DNA of 64,000 nt from Carcharhinus longimanus (Eukaryota): positions 30,711,359 through 30,775,358 of the forward strand of contig JASCQW010000119.1 in the NCBI GenBank assembly GCA_030264375.1, given 5' to 3'. The translations under genes were made by a program, and so were the position numbers. A model generated the notes under the pieces. It was not told the DNA's origin. It did not search any database and worked only from the letters and a program-made list of their open reading frames with translations. Shown here piece by piece: positions 37,755 through 51,124 of the stretch; position 1 is the first letter of the stretch; the number at the start of each line of letters is the position of its first letter.

Positions 37755-38235
37755 CAAGTAGGAACAGGGGTAGACCATATAGCCCTGAACCTGCTTCGTT
37801 CATCAAGATGATCATGACTGATCTTCTGCCTCAGCTCCACTCCCCTGTTTGTTCATGATTCACTGAAAGATCAAAAGTCTATCACATTCTTCAGTACACT
37901 CAGTGAGGAGCAGCCACAACCCACAAGTTCCAAAACCATCTGAGTGAAGAAATCTTCCCCTATTTCAGTCCTAGATGTGGAATCCTTATCCTGAAATAGC
38001 AGTCAATGTCTGTACATTCCTAATCCTCCCTCTCACATCCCAGCTTATCCCTCAGCCAACATTCTCTTCNNNNNNNNNNNNNNNNNNNNNNNNNNNNNNN
38101 NNNNNNNCCCGCCCTGCGTCCTGGGACCTTAAAAGCCATAGAGATAGAGTTTGTAGAGACATTGGTTACAATCTTCCCAAATTCCTTAGAATCTGGAAGG
38201 GTCCCATCAGATTGGGAGAGAAAAGCTAATGTAAC
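37755..38235 (-). mobile_element. CR1 fragments: 3' tail 37755-37995, RT piece 38108-38235
   Basis: Reverse-complement CR1 tail aagtaggaacaggggtagacc...; after the gap atcttcccaaattccttagaatctggaagggtcccatcagattggg reads as CR1 IF.NSL.SG.VP.DW on the + strand, so the two pieces differ in orientation. Confidence 0.55.
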
Positions 38236-39453
38236 AGCTCCGCCAGGCGCCTGGAAGGAGCCAGTCCCATAAAAATTAGAGCATTTGTCAATTTTACAGC
38301 CACCGAGAGTGGAAACCCTCCCCCATCCCCCGCCCTCCCCTACCTCTAGTTCCAGATCCTGCAACAGGTTGCACAGGTGTTACACTGTCTCCTTTCAGAC
38401 GTCTGTGGCACACGATGTCCAACATCTGTTCATATGACAGTTCAGCGCACGGAACTGCTGGGGTCTCTGCTCCCTCCTCCCTCTGCACCGCCCCCTGGGC
38501 AAATGCAGCCATTTCCTGCTTCTGGTGGTTGCCTCCCACTACTCCTGCAACTGGTAAGGCCTGGGCCTCCTGTGCCCGCAATTCTTCCTCCTACTCCTCC
38601 TCTTCAGCTCCAGCAGCAACCAAAAGAACAGCAAGATCGATTGGTTGCATCGCAAAAGCCACCTCGTCATTCTGAAAGTGGGGGAGGAGAGTTGGAGGTA
38701 GAAAGGAACACATGTAGAGGTTAAGGAACACTGCTTGCTCCTAGCCTATCAACAATAACTGTCCATACTGCCTATTTCCCCCAGCCACATGCTTCCCACA
38801 ACCACAGCCCTCCCAATTCCCCCAGCCACATGCTCCCCACAATCACAGCTCCTTGCAAAGTTGAGAGACTGCAGCAGCGCAATTTGTGCATATCCTTCAG
38901 CTGGAAGACTGCTGAGTGCACTAGGACCCAGGAGCACCACATAACCTGAGGTCAATGCTGAGACCCGCGTCCATGCTGCAAATCGGACATTGGAAACCCT
39001 GCAGAGCAACAGCCCCCCATCCCCCACACACTCGCAGAACCGCCACCAACCCGAGAAAGAAAATGGCAGCGACGAAAGGACACCAGTAAGCAGCAGAGAG
39101 CAATCAGATGCGACACACTGACTTCCTCACTAACCCTCATTGATGGAGTGCCCAAATCTGACATTTATGGAGCGTGTCTGTCTCACGCTGATTCCAGATT
39201 GATAAATATGGTGGTCAAGGGGGAAGTGCTGGTAAGTTGGACGTGCAACCCATTAAGTCAATTGAAATGCATGAGAGTGCATTTAAATGACCGTCGCACC
39301 CATGTCAGGTAAGATCCTGATCACGTCCATTTTCAGGCCTTGGTAAAGGGAGAACCAGCGCAGAGCGGGCATGAATCGCACTACTTGCCTCACGCCCGAC
39401 TTTACCAACTCTTTGCGCCAAAGACGAAAGCAACTTGATAGTAGAATCGGGCC
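38236..39453 (-). mobile_element. Second Harbinger relic: terminal region and transposase N-terminus
   Basis: LSYEQMLDIVCHRRL...QDLE...NFYGTGSFQAPG (HARBI1-type ALxFYATGSFQ at 38251-38277); terminus gatagtagaatcgggcc at about 39437-39453. Confidence 0.7.
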
Positions 39454-39454
39454 T

Positions 39455-39570
39455 TTCGTGTTAGGGGGATTACGAGGATAAATATGTGGGTTTACAGGGA
39501 TAGGGATTGTTGATGGTGCAGGCTCAGTTGGCCTAATGGCCTTCTTCTGCAATGTAGATTCTATGATCAT
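39455..39570 (+). mobile_element. HE1-type SINE 3' fragment
   Basis: aaatatgtgggtttacagggatagggatt...ggccttcttctgcaatgtagattctatga. Confidence 0.7.
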
Positions 39571-39629
39571 AGTTTATTGTCACAGTCAGCATCACATCAG
39601 CGCAATGTAGTCCTTCCCCACCTCTGCCA

Positions 39630-39939
39630 TAGGTTTGCCAACTGTGATTAAATATATTCCTGGAGGTTTCATCACATGATTTGCCCGCACGTTCCAGCCA
39701 TTATTCAGCCAACACATCTACCCTTGTGACGCGCTGTCTTCCTCTTCCAATTGGAAAGCAAAAAGACTCATTATCCAAGTTAATGATGCTTGACTGTCAG
39801 CCAAACACCATTTTCCCCTCTGTTTCCAATAGTTTTATACCTGTTGAACAGAAATGTTCAAAGGAAATGGCAAAGCAAAAAAAGATCGATCTTCAATTCC
39901 TGAAAACTCCAGGCCAAACCTAGAACATTGGTCACCCTA
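39630..39939. mobile_element. hAT (Blackjack-like) MITE
   Basis: ctctgcca|TAGGTTTGCCAA ... TTGGTCACCCTA|ctctgaag; the TIR resembles TAGGGTGACCA and the 8-bp flanks share 5 of 8 bases. Confidence 0.6.
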
Positions 39940-40029
39940 CTCTGAAGTCACTATAATGGTTACATATTTCAGTCAGGGCATTCTTTCTGAAGCATAGACA
40001 TTGTTCCTCTCTGCTGGTCAGGTGGATGA

Positions 40030-40198
40030 ATTCGTAGAATCCATAGAATCCCTACAATGCTGAAGGAGGCCATTCAGCCCATCAAGTCTGTACCAATCGC
40101 TATCACATCAGGCCCTATTCCTGTAACCCCTCATATTTATCCTGATAATCCCCCCGACACTAGGGTTAATTTTAGTATGACCAATCAACCTAACCTGC
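40030..40198 (-). mobile_element. HE1-type SINE 3' half
   Basis: catagaatccctacaatgctgaaggaggccattcagccc...accaatcaacctaacc. Confidence 0.75.
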
Positions 40199-40762
40199 AG
40201 GGTGGGCATGGCTTCTCACTGACAGCCATCCTCCACACACTTATGCCCCCCTACCTTCCCCCTGCACAGCCCCCATCCTCTTCCTTCTTTTACGAGCTCC
40301 GCTCTGTTCATTCTCCAAGTCGTTCTGTATTCTAAGGGGAATGGCTACTAGTTGAACCATGCCTGAAAGCTGGTTCTGGTTGCAGAAGCCTTGAAGTCAG
40401 GAAAAGCTCTGTCAACACCTGTCAGATTCAAGGACTTTAAACAAGTACAGATCACACCAAACGCTTGTCGATTTAAAGTAACAGCCAGAGGAAACCAACC
40501 AGCAACTGATCAGTAAAAAGTTGTTTACCCCATTACACAGTGTTGGGCATGGGGGAGTTGGTCTTTCTTGCTGCTGAACCAGAACCAGCCACGCATGATC
40601 AAAACATGACATTAGCTGGAACACTAAGCTTTCAAATGGCAGGTGCCAAATCCGCAGTGCACACTGGCTGACCTCATAATCTGCCAGTTTTGTGCTGCTG
40701 AATGTGTGTTCAGCTGTGTGAGGTTAAGGGAAAGTATTATACCTACAGCACACTGAGTCCAC

Positions 40763-40987
40763 TGTAGAAGTATTGGGTTCCAATAACTGGCAACCAGAGT
40801 TTAACAACAGTATACATTTATTATCAGTAACTGAGCAGCTCTAACATGCTGCATCTCTGCCCGCGCTCCGGGAGAACTCTCGACACATGTCCCCTTTTGT
40901 ATCCATGTCATCCCAGCATCCATGGAGCCTCTCAGTCTACAGTCATCTTCATGGCATCCAGTGCAACCCGCTCTAAAAGTGCATACA
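40763..40987 (-). mobile_element. Possible solo LTR
   Basis: TGTA...TACA termini, minus-strand AATAAA and LTR-like size; flanks tccac/tgcgc match only 3 of 5. Confidence 0.35.
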
Positions 40988-41148
40988 TGCGCTGCAAAGA
41001 GTAATTTGAAGGTAGTTTTTTTTTAAAAATGGACACTAAAAGCCCAATTTCTCACCCAACACAGTTACAAAACACCTGAACCTGATGAAACATGGTCATT
41101 TTATAATGGATTCTACAGTAAGAAAAGGGCTGCTCAACAATTTTCAAT

Positions 41149-42316
41149 GGGTGCGATTCTCCCAAAAAAATTCTAAGTGTCGAATTTGCATAAAAATTGG
41201 AGTAAATCCAGCTGGTTTATTTTCAGTGGGATCTTCAAAATTAATTTCTGTGCACGGCAGAGTGCACTAGAGTGAAACTCACGAAAAATCTGGGAAGAGG
41301 CTTTTTCCCGCTGGAGAGGCCAGCAGCATGGCATTGAGCGGGTCACTGCCCATGCGCTGATCAGCCCACCTCCATCTCACCGCCACCCACCCCATCCCCC
41401 CACCCCATCCCCGGCAGCTCCGATCTCCCAATTTCATGCCCTCCCCCACCCTGATAGCCAGCCCCAATCACTGGCGTCCATCCCTCTGTCACTGCCAAGT
41501 GCAGAGTGACAGCAGGACCCCACCCCCACCGATCGCCCCCTCAGAGGCCCTGTCCCCACTCTGACACCGCGCCCTTGGCACTCCCTGATGCACGGTGGAC
41601 AGTGCCAAGTTGTCCCCTTGAGCATCGCCACTTTGCCCCTTGGGAATTTCCAGGGGGCCAGACTGACACTGCTAAGCTGGCAATGCTAATAGTCCACCCC
41701 CTATACACTCGATTTCCTGGCTCCCCTTCACTCCAGAGAGGCTGCCAGTTCCTCGCAAATGGGGTGCTATTGAAAACCCCACTGGAGTGAAACACTCTTG
41801 AAATGGGGGGAGATGCTAGTGGGCCCTGGAACTTCAGTGGTCGCCGCACTTGCGTAAGGATATTTTGGCCTTGGAGGGAGTGCAGAGGAGGTTTACTAGG
41901 CTGATACCAGAGTTGAGGGAGTTGAGCTATGAGGAGAGGCTGAATAAACTAGGCTTGTACTCGTTAGAGTTTAGAAGAATGAGGGGNNNNNNNNNNNNNN
42001 NNNNNNNNNNNNNNNNNNNNNNNNNNNNNNNNNNNNNNNNNNNNNNNNNNNNNNNNNNNNNNNNNNNNNNNNNNNNNNNNNNNNNNCCATGATCTTATTG
42101 AATGGCGGGGCAGGCTCAAGGGGCTAGATGGCCTACTCCTGCTCCTATTTCTTATGTTCTTATATAATTATATGCAAATTGTGATTTCTGGAACGGAGCT
42201 GACAGGGCCAGAAATCCAACAGCCGGAAGCCATGGCGCCAAACTAGAATCCCGCGAAACAGCCTCTGCTTGAGTCTCCTGGCCCGCTGCACTTCAAAAGC
42301 TGGGAGAATCATCCTC
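41149..42316. mobile_element. Non-autonomous Harbinger-type element interrupted by CR1
   Basis: aat|GGGTGCGATTCTCCC ... GGGAGAATCATCCTC|agt; GC-rich interior. Confidence 0.65.
41850..42165 (+). mobile_element. Young CR1 3' fragment spanning an N gap
   Basis: RKDILALEGVQRRFTRLIPELRELSYEERLNKLGLYSLEFRRMR; tail ggcctactcctgctcctatttcttatgttctta. Confidence 0.9.
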
Positions 42317-42506
42317 AGTGACTTCCTCAGCACAAAAACTGTAAATGAAGACTGAAGGACAAAATCTCAAATTTAAGAAAGCATAAAGTGTAATCGGGAT
42401 TGTAAACACCATAAGCAGATCATGTGCGGCACCTGACGAGTTTGATATTACATTGCTAGAGCTTAGTTTTGGATGGAATATTGGGATTCGGCTGTTGAAA
42501 GGATTT

Positions 42507-42550
42507 GGCTGTGTGGCAGCAGTGCTAACCACTGTGCCACCGTGCTGCCT
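42507..42550 (-). mobile_element. HE1 SINE 5' head fragment
   Basis: gcagcagtgctaaccactgtgccaccgtgctgcc. Confidence 0.75.
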
Positions 42551-42554
42551 AAGG

Positions 42555-45500
42555 CCTCCAACCATTGAGACTGAACGAGTCAGGAGCTATATTGTTTACA
42601 TTCACAGGAGAGACATTGAAGATCTTAAGTTCAGAAACAGTTCCCCGTGTCCTATAAGAAAACATGGCACAGCTACCTGTCCTGATAATTGAAGGACATA
42701 GACCTTGCCTTACAGGCCATGTTTGGCTCAAGCAGATAAAATGCAATTTCTTGGAAATAATAAACCTACAGGACAGCGGTTTTCAGAAGTAAATATTCCA
42801 AGGTTTTCCAAAAGGAGCTAGGATGAATAAAGGCAAAATTTATTTGAATCCCGATGCATTGCATGTTTTTCCGGACCTGCCCAGTGCACTAAACACTTCA
42901 TCATAAGATTGAAGTCAAGCTTGGAAGGTATAGGTATTATAAAGCCTGTACGATTCTCCGAATGAGCCATACCCATATCCCCCCATCCTCAAGCAGGAAC
43001 GTACTGTAAACATTTGTGAGGATTATAAACTAACAGCCAATAAAGGAGCTCAGAGATACATGTACCCAATTCCAAGAATTGACAATCTCTACGCAAAATT
43101 AGCTGGAGGTTTAAAATACACTAAGTTTGAACTCAGTCACACCTGCCAGCGCTGAAGTTGTACAAAGATTTCCAGAGGTTAGTTACTATCAATACCCACA
43201 AGGGGTTATATAGTACACACATTTATCTTTTGGAGCCTCATCAACATATTCCATTTTCCAGCATACAATGGTAAGTTTATTACAGGGCATCCCTAATGTA
43301 GTGGTTTATCTAGATGGTGTCTTCATCACAGAAGCCTCAACTGAGGAACACAGATCAAACTTAGGGGACATTTTGAAAAGACATAAACAGGTGTTCCAGG
43401 CAGATGAAGTTAGATATTCGGGTTTCAGGTTAAACACTAAAGACTTACAGAATAAAGGATAAAGTTAAAGCCATGAAGAGAGTGCCACGGCCGAGAAAAT
43501 GTATCAGAGTCAAAGTCATTCCGATGAATGGTGAATTACTATGGTAGATTCTTCCAAAATGTGTTTACAACTTTAGCCCCACTTCAGATTTTAAAGAAGC
43601 CTCAGCGTTGTCAGTGGGATGAGAAACAAAAAGAAGCATTTACAAAAGTAAAGCAGTCCTTGTAGTCATTGGCACTGCTTGTACACTGTGATCCAACCAA
43701 GCCATTGGTTGGATCACAGTGTACAACCTGCGATGCACCACCATATGGAATGGGAATGGTTTTGTCCCATCAGATGCCTGATGGAATAGAAAGGCCAATT
43801 GCCTTTGCTTCAAGAACATTATCAGAGGTGGAAAAAGAGTATTCCCTAACAGATAAAGGAAGTTTGGCAATAGTATATGCAGTGAAGAAGGTTTGTCAAT
43901 ATCTACATGGTCGACATTTCACAATAGGTTAAAATCACAAACAGTTGTTGGGTTTATTCTGAGAGGATAAGCCAGTGCCACCAATTACAAAGGTACAGAG
44001 ATGGGCTCTATTTTTAGCAGCATACAGTTATACATTACAGCAAAGCCCAGGGACACAAATATCAAGGGCAGATGCACTCAGCTGTTTTCCTTTACTGTAG
44101 ACAGTATCATCACCACTAGTCCCAAAAGAGATTCTGCTGGTGCTGCACCTGATAGAGCTTTTGCCAGTCTCAGCTAAACACATAAATGTGGACTGAACAA
44201 GATCCAGCGTTATCAAGAGGTAAGATGGTGATGCTAGGATGGTGATACGATAAGTCAGAGCTGCTTAAACTTCACCAGCAGAGAAGAATGGAGATAAAAT
44301 GCAAGGATGGTGTGTTATTGTGGAGACCTCGTACTATAATGGCACCACAAGGAAGACGATTTTTATTACAGCAATTGCATGATGCACATCCAGGCAAATC
44401 AGGATGAATGATTTGCCCAAAGTTATGTTTGATGGCTGGGCATCTATGAAGGAATCGAAAGAATGGTCAGCCAATGCCCTAGTTGTGAAGTCCAGAAAAC
44501 ACTACTGCCACTGGCAAGTATGCATCCTTGGGAGTCGCCAGTTAGGCCATGGGCAAGAATACATATGGATTGTGCAGAGCCATTCAGAGGACAGATGTTT
44601 CTCATATTAGTGGATTGGTTGGATGCCCTGTTAATGAAGTCCACACTGGCCACTGCCACTATTGATAAATTAAGGCACATTTTTGCCATCCATGGCATCC
44701 CAGAGGTCTTAGTGTCAGAAAACAACACAGCATTTACAGTGAAAGAGTTTTAAAATTTGTCAAATTAATAGCATTTGCCAGGTTAGGTCAACATCTTACC
44801 ACCCAGCCTCTAATGGATGAACAGAACACTCAGTACAAATGTTCGCATCATCAATGAAAAAAGACAATTAATAGTTGACCATTACATATAGCAGTTTCTT
44901 GTTTCCATACAATACCATGCTAAATGCGGCCATGCCAGGGGTCACACCAGTCAAGCTACTAGTGCTATGCCATATATAGACATGGTTGGATATGATATTT
45001 CCAGATTTGGCAGGGAGAGGCTAGATAAGCCTTCTGGAAAGAAAACCACGACTCAATAACAGAAGACAAAGTTTTCCAAGTTGATGATTTGGTTCCAGTC
45101 AGAAACTTTGCAGCAGGATCGATATTGGTGGCTGAAAAAAAAATTGTGAAAGACCAGGACCAGTCTAAGTTGTAGAAAGTACAAGGTGGATGTGTCAAAC
45201 AATATCCAGACCACCTGAGAAAGAGAGCTGGGTCTGATACAGGGGATCAACAGGCGACGCCTGCAGTAGACTTGTATTCACCAATGATGGCAACAGGGAT
45301 CCCAGATATAAATGTGGAACTGGAGCAAGCAGCAGTTTCTGAAACTGAGGAGACAGCAATTACACAGAAGGATCTCAACCCTTTGTGAAAGGGTTGAGTT
45401 TACCTTTCACATTCATCTGACCAGATTCATCATTCCCTGAAGTGAATAACACAGCACGGAACTGTTCCATCAGAGTCCAGAAGTTCCCCAATTGACTGAA

Positions 45501-45898
45501 CTTATGATTGGTTTTCCTTGGATCTTCCTGATGTCTGTTGTAACATGCATGCCTATGTTAATGATGTCTCTTTCGTTTCATCCACAGGTGAACTCAGAGG
45601 TGAGGGAGAGTGAGGGGGGGAGGGGAAGGAGTGTCATAACGTGACCCCTTTAAGGGGGTAATCCTAAAAGGCCATGTGATCGGGCTGAACTCTATGGAGT
45701 GGCAGTGCCAGAAACCAAGTCAATCAGGCGCAAAGGTGCCTATCCTGTGTTAGGGAGGATCCTCAGTTTGAGTCAGGGAGGATTGGAGTGTAGTCGTGTG
45801 TTGAGATCTGTCAGACCCTTGTTTGTATCTCTATTTATCTTTGTAAATGAATCCTTTATAACTTTAAGCCACAACAAATTGCCTTTGAAGTGATTACA
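42555..45898 (+). mobile_element. Gypsy (Mag/K02A2.6-like) pol relic with PPT and 3' LTR (45632-45898)
   Basis: Protease end; RT YPIPRIDNLYAKLAGG and LLQGIPNVVVYLDG (YLDD mutated); RNase H CDAPPYGMGMVLSHQMPDGIERPIAFASRTL; integrase LHDAHPG..CPSC and HPWESPVRPWARIHMD..HGIPEVLVSEN. PPT gagggggggaggggaaggag then TGTCATAA...GATTACA. Many stops and frameshifts. Confidence 0.92.
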
Positions 45899-46361
45899 CT
45901 CTTGTAAAAAGCTGGTAAGAACACAATGGGCCAAATGGCCTCTTCTTTCTATATTTCTATTCTAGCATAAATGTAGCTGGGGGAAATCTGTTAACACAAA
46001 GTTGGCATATGAGGATGCATCCCTACAACACTTAATTGTAAAAGAAAGCATTTTGACTCCACACAACCTCAAACTTAAGGAACTGAGAACAGTTCTTAGC
46101 ATTCTAAATTTACAAGAATATATGTGCATTGTGCAGAACTTGGAGAAAAAAATACAAGGGATAGTCCAGCACTCAGAATGAGTGAACTTGTCAGGGGAGA
46201 ACATAATCCAAATCGTGTGATTATAAAAATGTTAATTAACCTTGTCTCAAGTGCATACTCGAGACATAAACACAAAATGAACTACTCTCACATTCTAGTT
46301 ACCAACACTTGGATGAAAAGTTGATCCAGACACTCAGCTAATGAAACAGTTCTAATAAAGA

Positions 46362-46488
46362 GGCCAGAATTTCACCATCCCGCCCACCGTGGGAATCGGA
46401 GTGGGCGGGAGGCAGACAATAGGAAGGTCCTTTGACCTCGGAATTGATTTTATGATTTTGGGATGAGCGAGGCCGTAAAATCCCATCC
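46362..46488. mobile_element. Harbinger-type hairpin MITE, TSD AGA
   Basis: aga|ggccagaatttcac...cgtaaaatcccatcc|aga; internal stem tcccgcccac/gtgggcggga. Confidence 0.75.
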
Positions 46489-48484
46489 AGAATCTCCCCA
46501 ACTAAATCATTCATTGGTCTTTTCTCTGTTGATGTGCCTGCTGTCTACGTACCAAAATTTCCTATTTTTATCTCTCTCCTAATATAAAGTGTGTTTGTGG
46601 AAGAAGTGAATAATAACCAATTAATGTACCAACACAATATATACACAAGTTACCACCTTTTTAAAGGAGCAATTTTCAGAAAATGATCAAAGTCAAAGTA
46701 ATAATTGCTATTATATTGAATCATTTGTAATGAAAAAAGGCGCACAGCAGAAATCTCACAACCTAACCTCCAAATTCTGCTTGCTTCCTGTTGTATGTGG
46801 AAGCAGAAAAATGCAGTACTTCAAAATGGATTTCTTTCTGCAAAATATGAAATATCAGGCAAAGGTGTGGGATTTTATTCAACAGTAGCTAATCAGTTAA
46901 TAGTAGCTGCTAAATACCCCATCAACAGCACGCTTAAATTACCCAATTAACCTTCAAAGCTCCAGTAGCTGAGTACCTGAGGGTTACACTATGAAAGTGG
47001 TTAAAATTCTCTCAGTCATTACTCTGCCCCTTTGGGAGCCAGATTTTAGAATCAGGAGTTGCAAGATTTGTCTCTGTTTCGAAAGATCAAAGATAAGCTG
47101 ACAGACTCAAGTTATCAATTTGCAATGAAATGTCCCTACAGTGAAATGTCTCTGGATTTCGCACTTCATCCGACAGCATCGACTCCATGAGCCTTGTGAC
47201 TGGGGGTGGGGAGATTGTTCTAAGTAACTGGAGGTCAAAAATTGACGATGAGTTGGATTATCAGTAACAAACATCCAGAGAACCCTGCAATTTGTTGGGC
47301 TTTGTGATGTATACACATTTCACTGTGTACATCCATCTCTGCCAATCCTCACCTTAACTGCTGACCAGATTTCACTCTGGGCAAATGGTATCAACATGCC
47401 ACCTGAAATAAATCCGTTCCCACAAGTTTGAAACGGTGAAAATTTATTAATCACGATCACCCTTAACTCTAATCCTGTTTTAGTGTACGCCTGGAGTCTT
47501 GTGTCACTGAAGTCATTACCAGGTAGAGTCTGAGAAGAGAAAGAATTTCTACCAGCAGTGTACAGAAATAAAGTTCACTTGTAACTAGCCTAATCTCTAC
47601 TGGAATCATGAGAAAGGAATATTATTCAACTAATGTAAACTCCATTCGAATCTTCAGCCCCTTTACAGTAATTAAGTAGCCTGAGGATATTCGAAAAATC
47701 TCTGCAGGATGTTATCATTAGGTTTTAAAAAACAATAAAACACTAACTCCGTGCTAAATTACAACGGCCACCAAATACATGCACATAAGGATTAAAAAAT
47801 GTGGAAGTTATTTACACATAGGCATTTTTTTTGTAATGCTGCATTTCAGATTTTAAAAAATGCAAACTTGTCGTAACTTGCAGTGTAGAATTAATTTACA
47901 ATGCATTTAAACTCAAGTCATGGAAATCAGTATTTTCGCAGAGAGAAATAGTTAAACAGATGATTTAGTATTTTAGAAATTATACATGTGAAATCAGCTC
48001 AATCTATTCTGTTTAAAAATCTGTGTGGCACTGTGTGTTAGTTAAATGTAAAAGAAGAAACCATTAGGTTATTGAGAATAGATGAAAATATCAATTGACA
48101 TTCTGGTTAATTTTTTTAAATGACAGTCTGAAAATCTGGGATTTTAAAGACTCTGACTGACCAACCAGTCTCTAGAATCTTCATTTTAACTGGTAATGAC
48201 CAAGCTTTGGACAGCAATTTTCTACCCTTTAGGTGGAAGTCAGTCTTTTTTTAAATATGTGTTTGTTTTTAAGTGATAAACTTCATTCCTGTAAACAAAA
48301 GCAGAAAATTCCAAAAATACATATCACTCCATTAGTTTGGTTAGTTACAGTTGGAAGAAATATTTGCAACACAAACTTCCAGCTTACTATCCATACATAC
48401 ATTGGCATCTTGCATAATACACATGATTTAACCTAAAATTGGATGGATATGATCAAAGAATCACACACATGAGCAACTATAGTT

Positions 48485-49050
48485 ACTATAGTTAAGAAAG
48501 CCCACCAACGCCTCTACTTTCTTAGAAGACTCAGGAAATTTGACATGATGGCTATGACTCTCTACAATTTTTACAGATGAACCACAGAAAGCATTCTTGC
48601 TGGTTGTATCAGTTTAGTATGGCTCTTGCTTTGCCCAAGACCGCAAGAAACTACAGAGGGCCGTAAATGTTGTCCAGTCAATCAGGCAAACCAGCCTCCG
48701 ATCCATTGATGCTGTCTACACTTTCTGCTGCCTTGGAAAAGCAGCCAGCATAATTAAGAATCCCACACACCCCAGACATACTGTCTTCCACTTTCTTCCA
48801 TTGGGAAAAAGATATAAGTCTGAGGTCCCATACCAACTGACTCAAGAACAACTTCTTCCCTGCTGCCATCATACTTTTGAACTTGCACTACGTTGATCTT
48901 TCTCTACACCCTAGCTGTGACTGTAACACTACATTCATCACTCTCTCTTTTCCTTCTCTATGAACACTATGTTTTTCCTCATAACATGCAAGAAACAATA
49001 CTTTTCCCTGTATACTAATACATGTGACAATAAAAAAATCAAATCAAACA
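48485..49050 (+). mobile_element. Rex1/Babar LINE 3' part
   Basis: IVKKAHQRLYFLRRLRKF...; tail aaatcaaatcaaa. Confidence 0.9.
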
Positions 49051-51124
49051 TTTCATCTATTGGGCTTAAAATGGTAACTGTTATTGGCACCAACAGTTGT
49101 GTTTAGCACAGTGATAATGATATAGTTTCCTTTTTAATATGATTATGCTATTCAATTCTGTGCTCATCAAACTGAACTTTTATCTTTGACCTTGGCATTG
49201 CGCAGATCGGCAACCATAGAATTGCCCTGCTAACGTATCAACAACTTCAGCTAAAGAGATACAATCCTTTTTGATGACCTACATAGATGAGATTTTAAGA
49301 TGATCATGAATCAGATTGCTACATCCTTCTCTTTTACATATCCCTGCTGTGTCATAATGTTGAAGGTGCTGTAAGTAAATTTTAAGCCAAGAGCAAGACA
49401 GATGTACCACAGTAAAGGCAATCAGCCACACTCTTTAAATATGGAAACCTGTCAAAAGCATTCACACTGCAGCATCTTATGCTGCTAGTTCACAGAAAGA
49501 TATACTGAAATTAAAATAGCTAAAGAATTTGGATCCTTGGAGGAACAGTTTCTTTGAGAAGATTTTTCAACAGTACAGTATCTCTCACAAAAAAAGGCTG
49601 AATATAATTAGATGTAGCACCCTCCATGTACAATGAAACACAAGGAAAAGCAAAGGTAGTGATGCATTTTATCTTTGCATTTTATCTTGCAGAGTTATTA
49701 TTATATAATTAATAATAGGAAATTTCCCAACTCTGCACATCCTACCAAGGAGCAAATATTTAATCCTATGGTTTGATATTTGACCCGATATCTCTCCTGT
49801 CCTCACATCAAGGCGCATTTCTTATGTAGCTCCAGCTTTCTATGAGCCAAAGTATAAATTTATACATGAAATATTAAGTGATGTAGCACTGAGTCAAATA
49901 GAAACTCTTGCTAATGCACTTAACTCACCCACCACAATTTCCCAGTTGTAAACTCCAGGCATACACTGCAAGTAGAAAAGCAGAAAATGGTTCTTTCATG
50001 ATCATCTGTGCTCAATGTGCTTAAGGAAAGTATAGATACAACAGGAAGAAATAAGAGCAAGGAAATAAAATGCATCTTTTAGACTACTGAACCACAAAGG
50101 AGGACATCCTATCATGAAGAAGCAAAGTTGGCATATTGCACACCCCCCCCACTATGAGATCCTAGGGATGAATCCAGTCCAGGCAATTGGAATGAAAGTC
50201 CCACGCTGTGACAGAAGAACCAGTCACATTCATACATGTCAACCCACACAATAGATTGGGAAAACAGGGCTTGATGCATACTGCATACATGCACAGGCAG
50301 AATGGCACCAATGGCCAGTTTCACTTCTTGGAGCCTGAAGCCTGTCTATGTGGACATATTTGGTATCATTAATTAACTAGAGGAAAAATATCAAATTATG
50401 TTGTTTTTCTCTCCTGAACTGTTTACTCCATCTCCATGCTGGAAGTATTATTTTATCAAGGATTTTTTTTTAATTTCATCAATGAGCCAATTGGAAAGGA
50501 AATTGTTAGAGAGTGTATTTACTTCTCTGATAATGCCTCTTTAATATATTAAATTGAACAGCCAAAATGTCAGCAAGAATTCTTTTAATTCTAATCCATA
50601 ATTTGAATAAAAATTAGAAACCATTCTTCAAACTCTGCCAGGGTAGAACTTAATAGAAGCAAGGCCAAAGATGTAAAAGCTATATATCAAATTCAGGATG
50701 GAAGTGACAGCTCCTTGACTTCATCTCTCAATATGACTCAGCTGATTTGAAATGAAAGTTCATGTTCGGTATAGTTCTGTGCAAATCTCTCTGATCACAC
50801 AGCTAGCCCGTTGCAAACTTAAAAAGACTGCCCAGTGGCTTGTATTGTTGGAATTGAAAACTTACAGCTAAAGGAGACCAACCACAGTCTTGTTTCCTGC
50901 ACTGTGCTAAAATGCATCCTGTCATGTTTCATTGCTATCTCTTGGTTTGGATGGTTGGTGATTCTATGCACAAAATTTTATATTTGTTCTTAGATCTATT
51001 TTATTTGTGGTAGAATAGCATTAAGTACTACTGACATGTGCACATGAGTGATGAAAAACACTCACAAGAACTCTCAAGCCCCATCTGCTCCTTAAGAGTC
51101 TTAGTAAATAAGTATGTACAGTCC

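Noticed and set aside
49194-49278. Minus-strand exon-like stretch VIKKDCISLAEVVDTLAGQFYGC
   Set aside because: Weak donor site and no recognisable homology.
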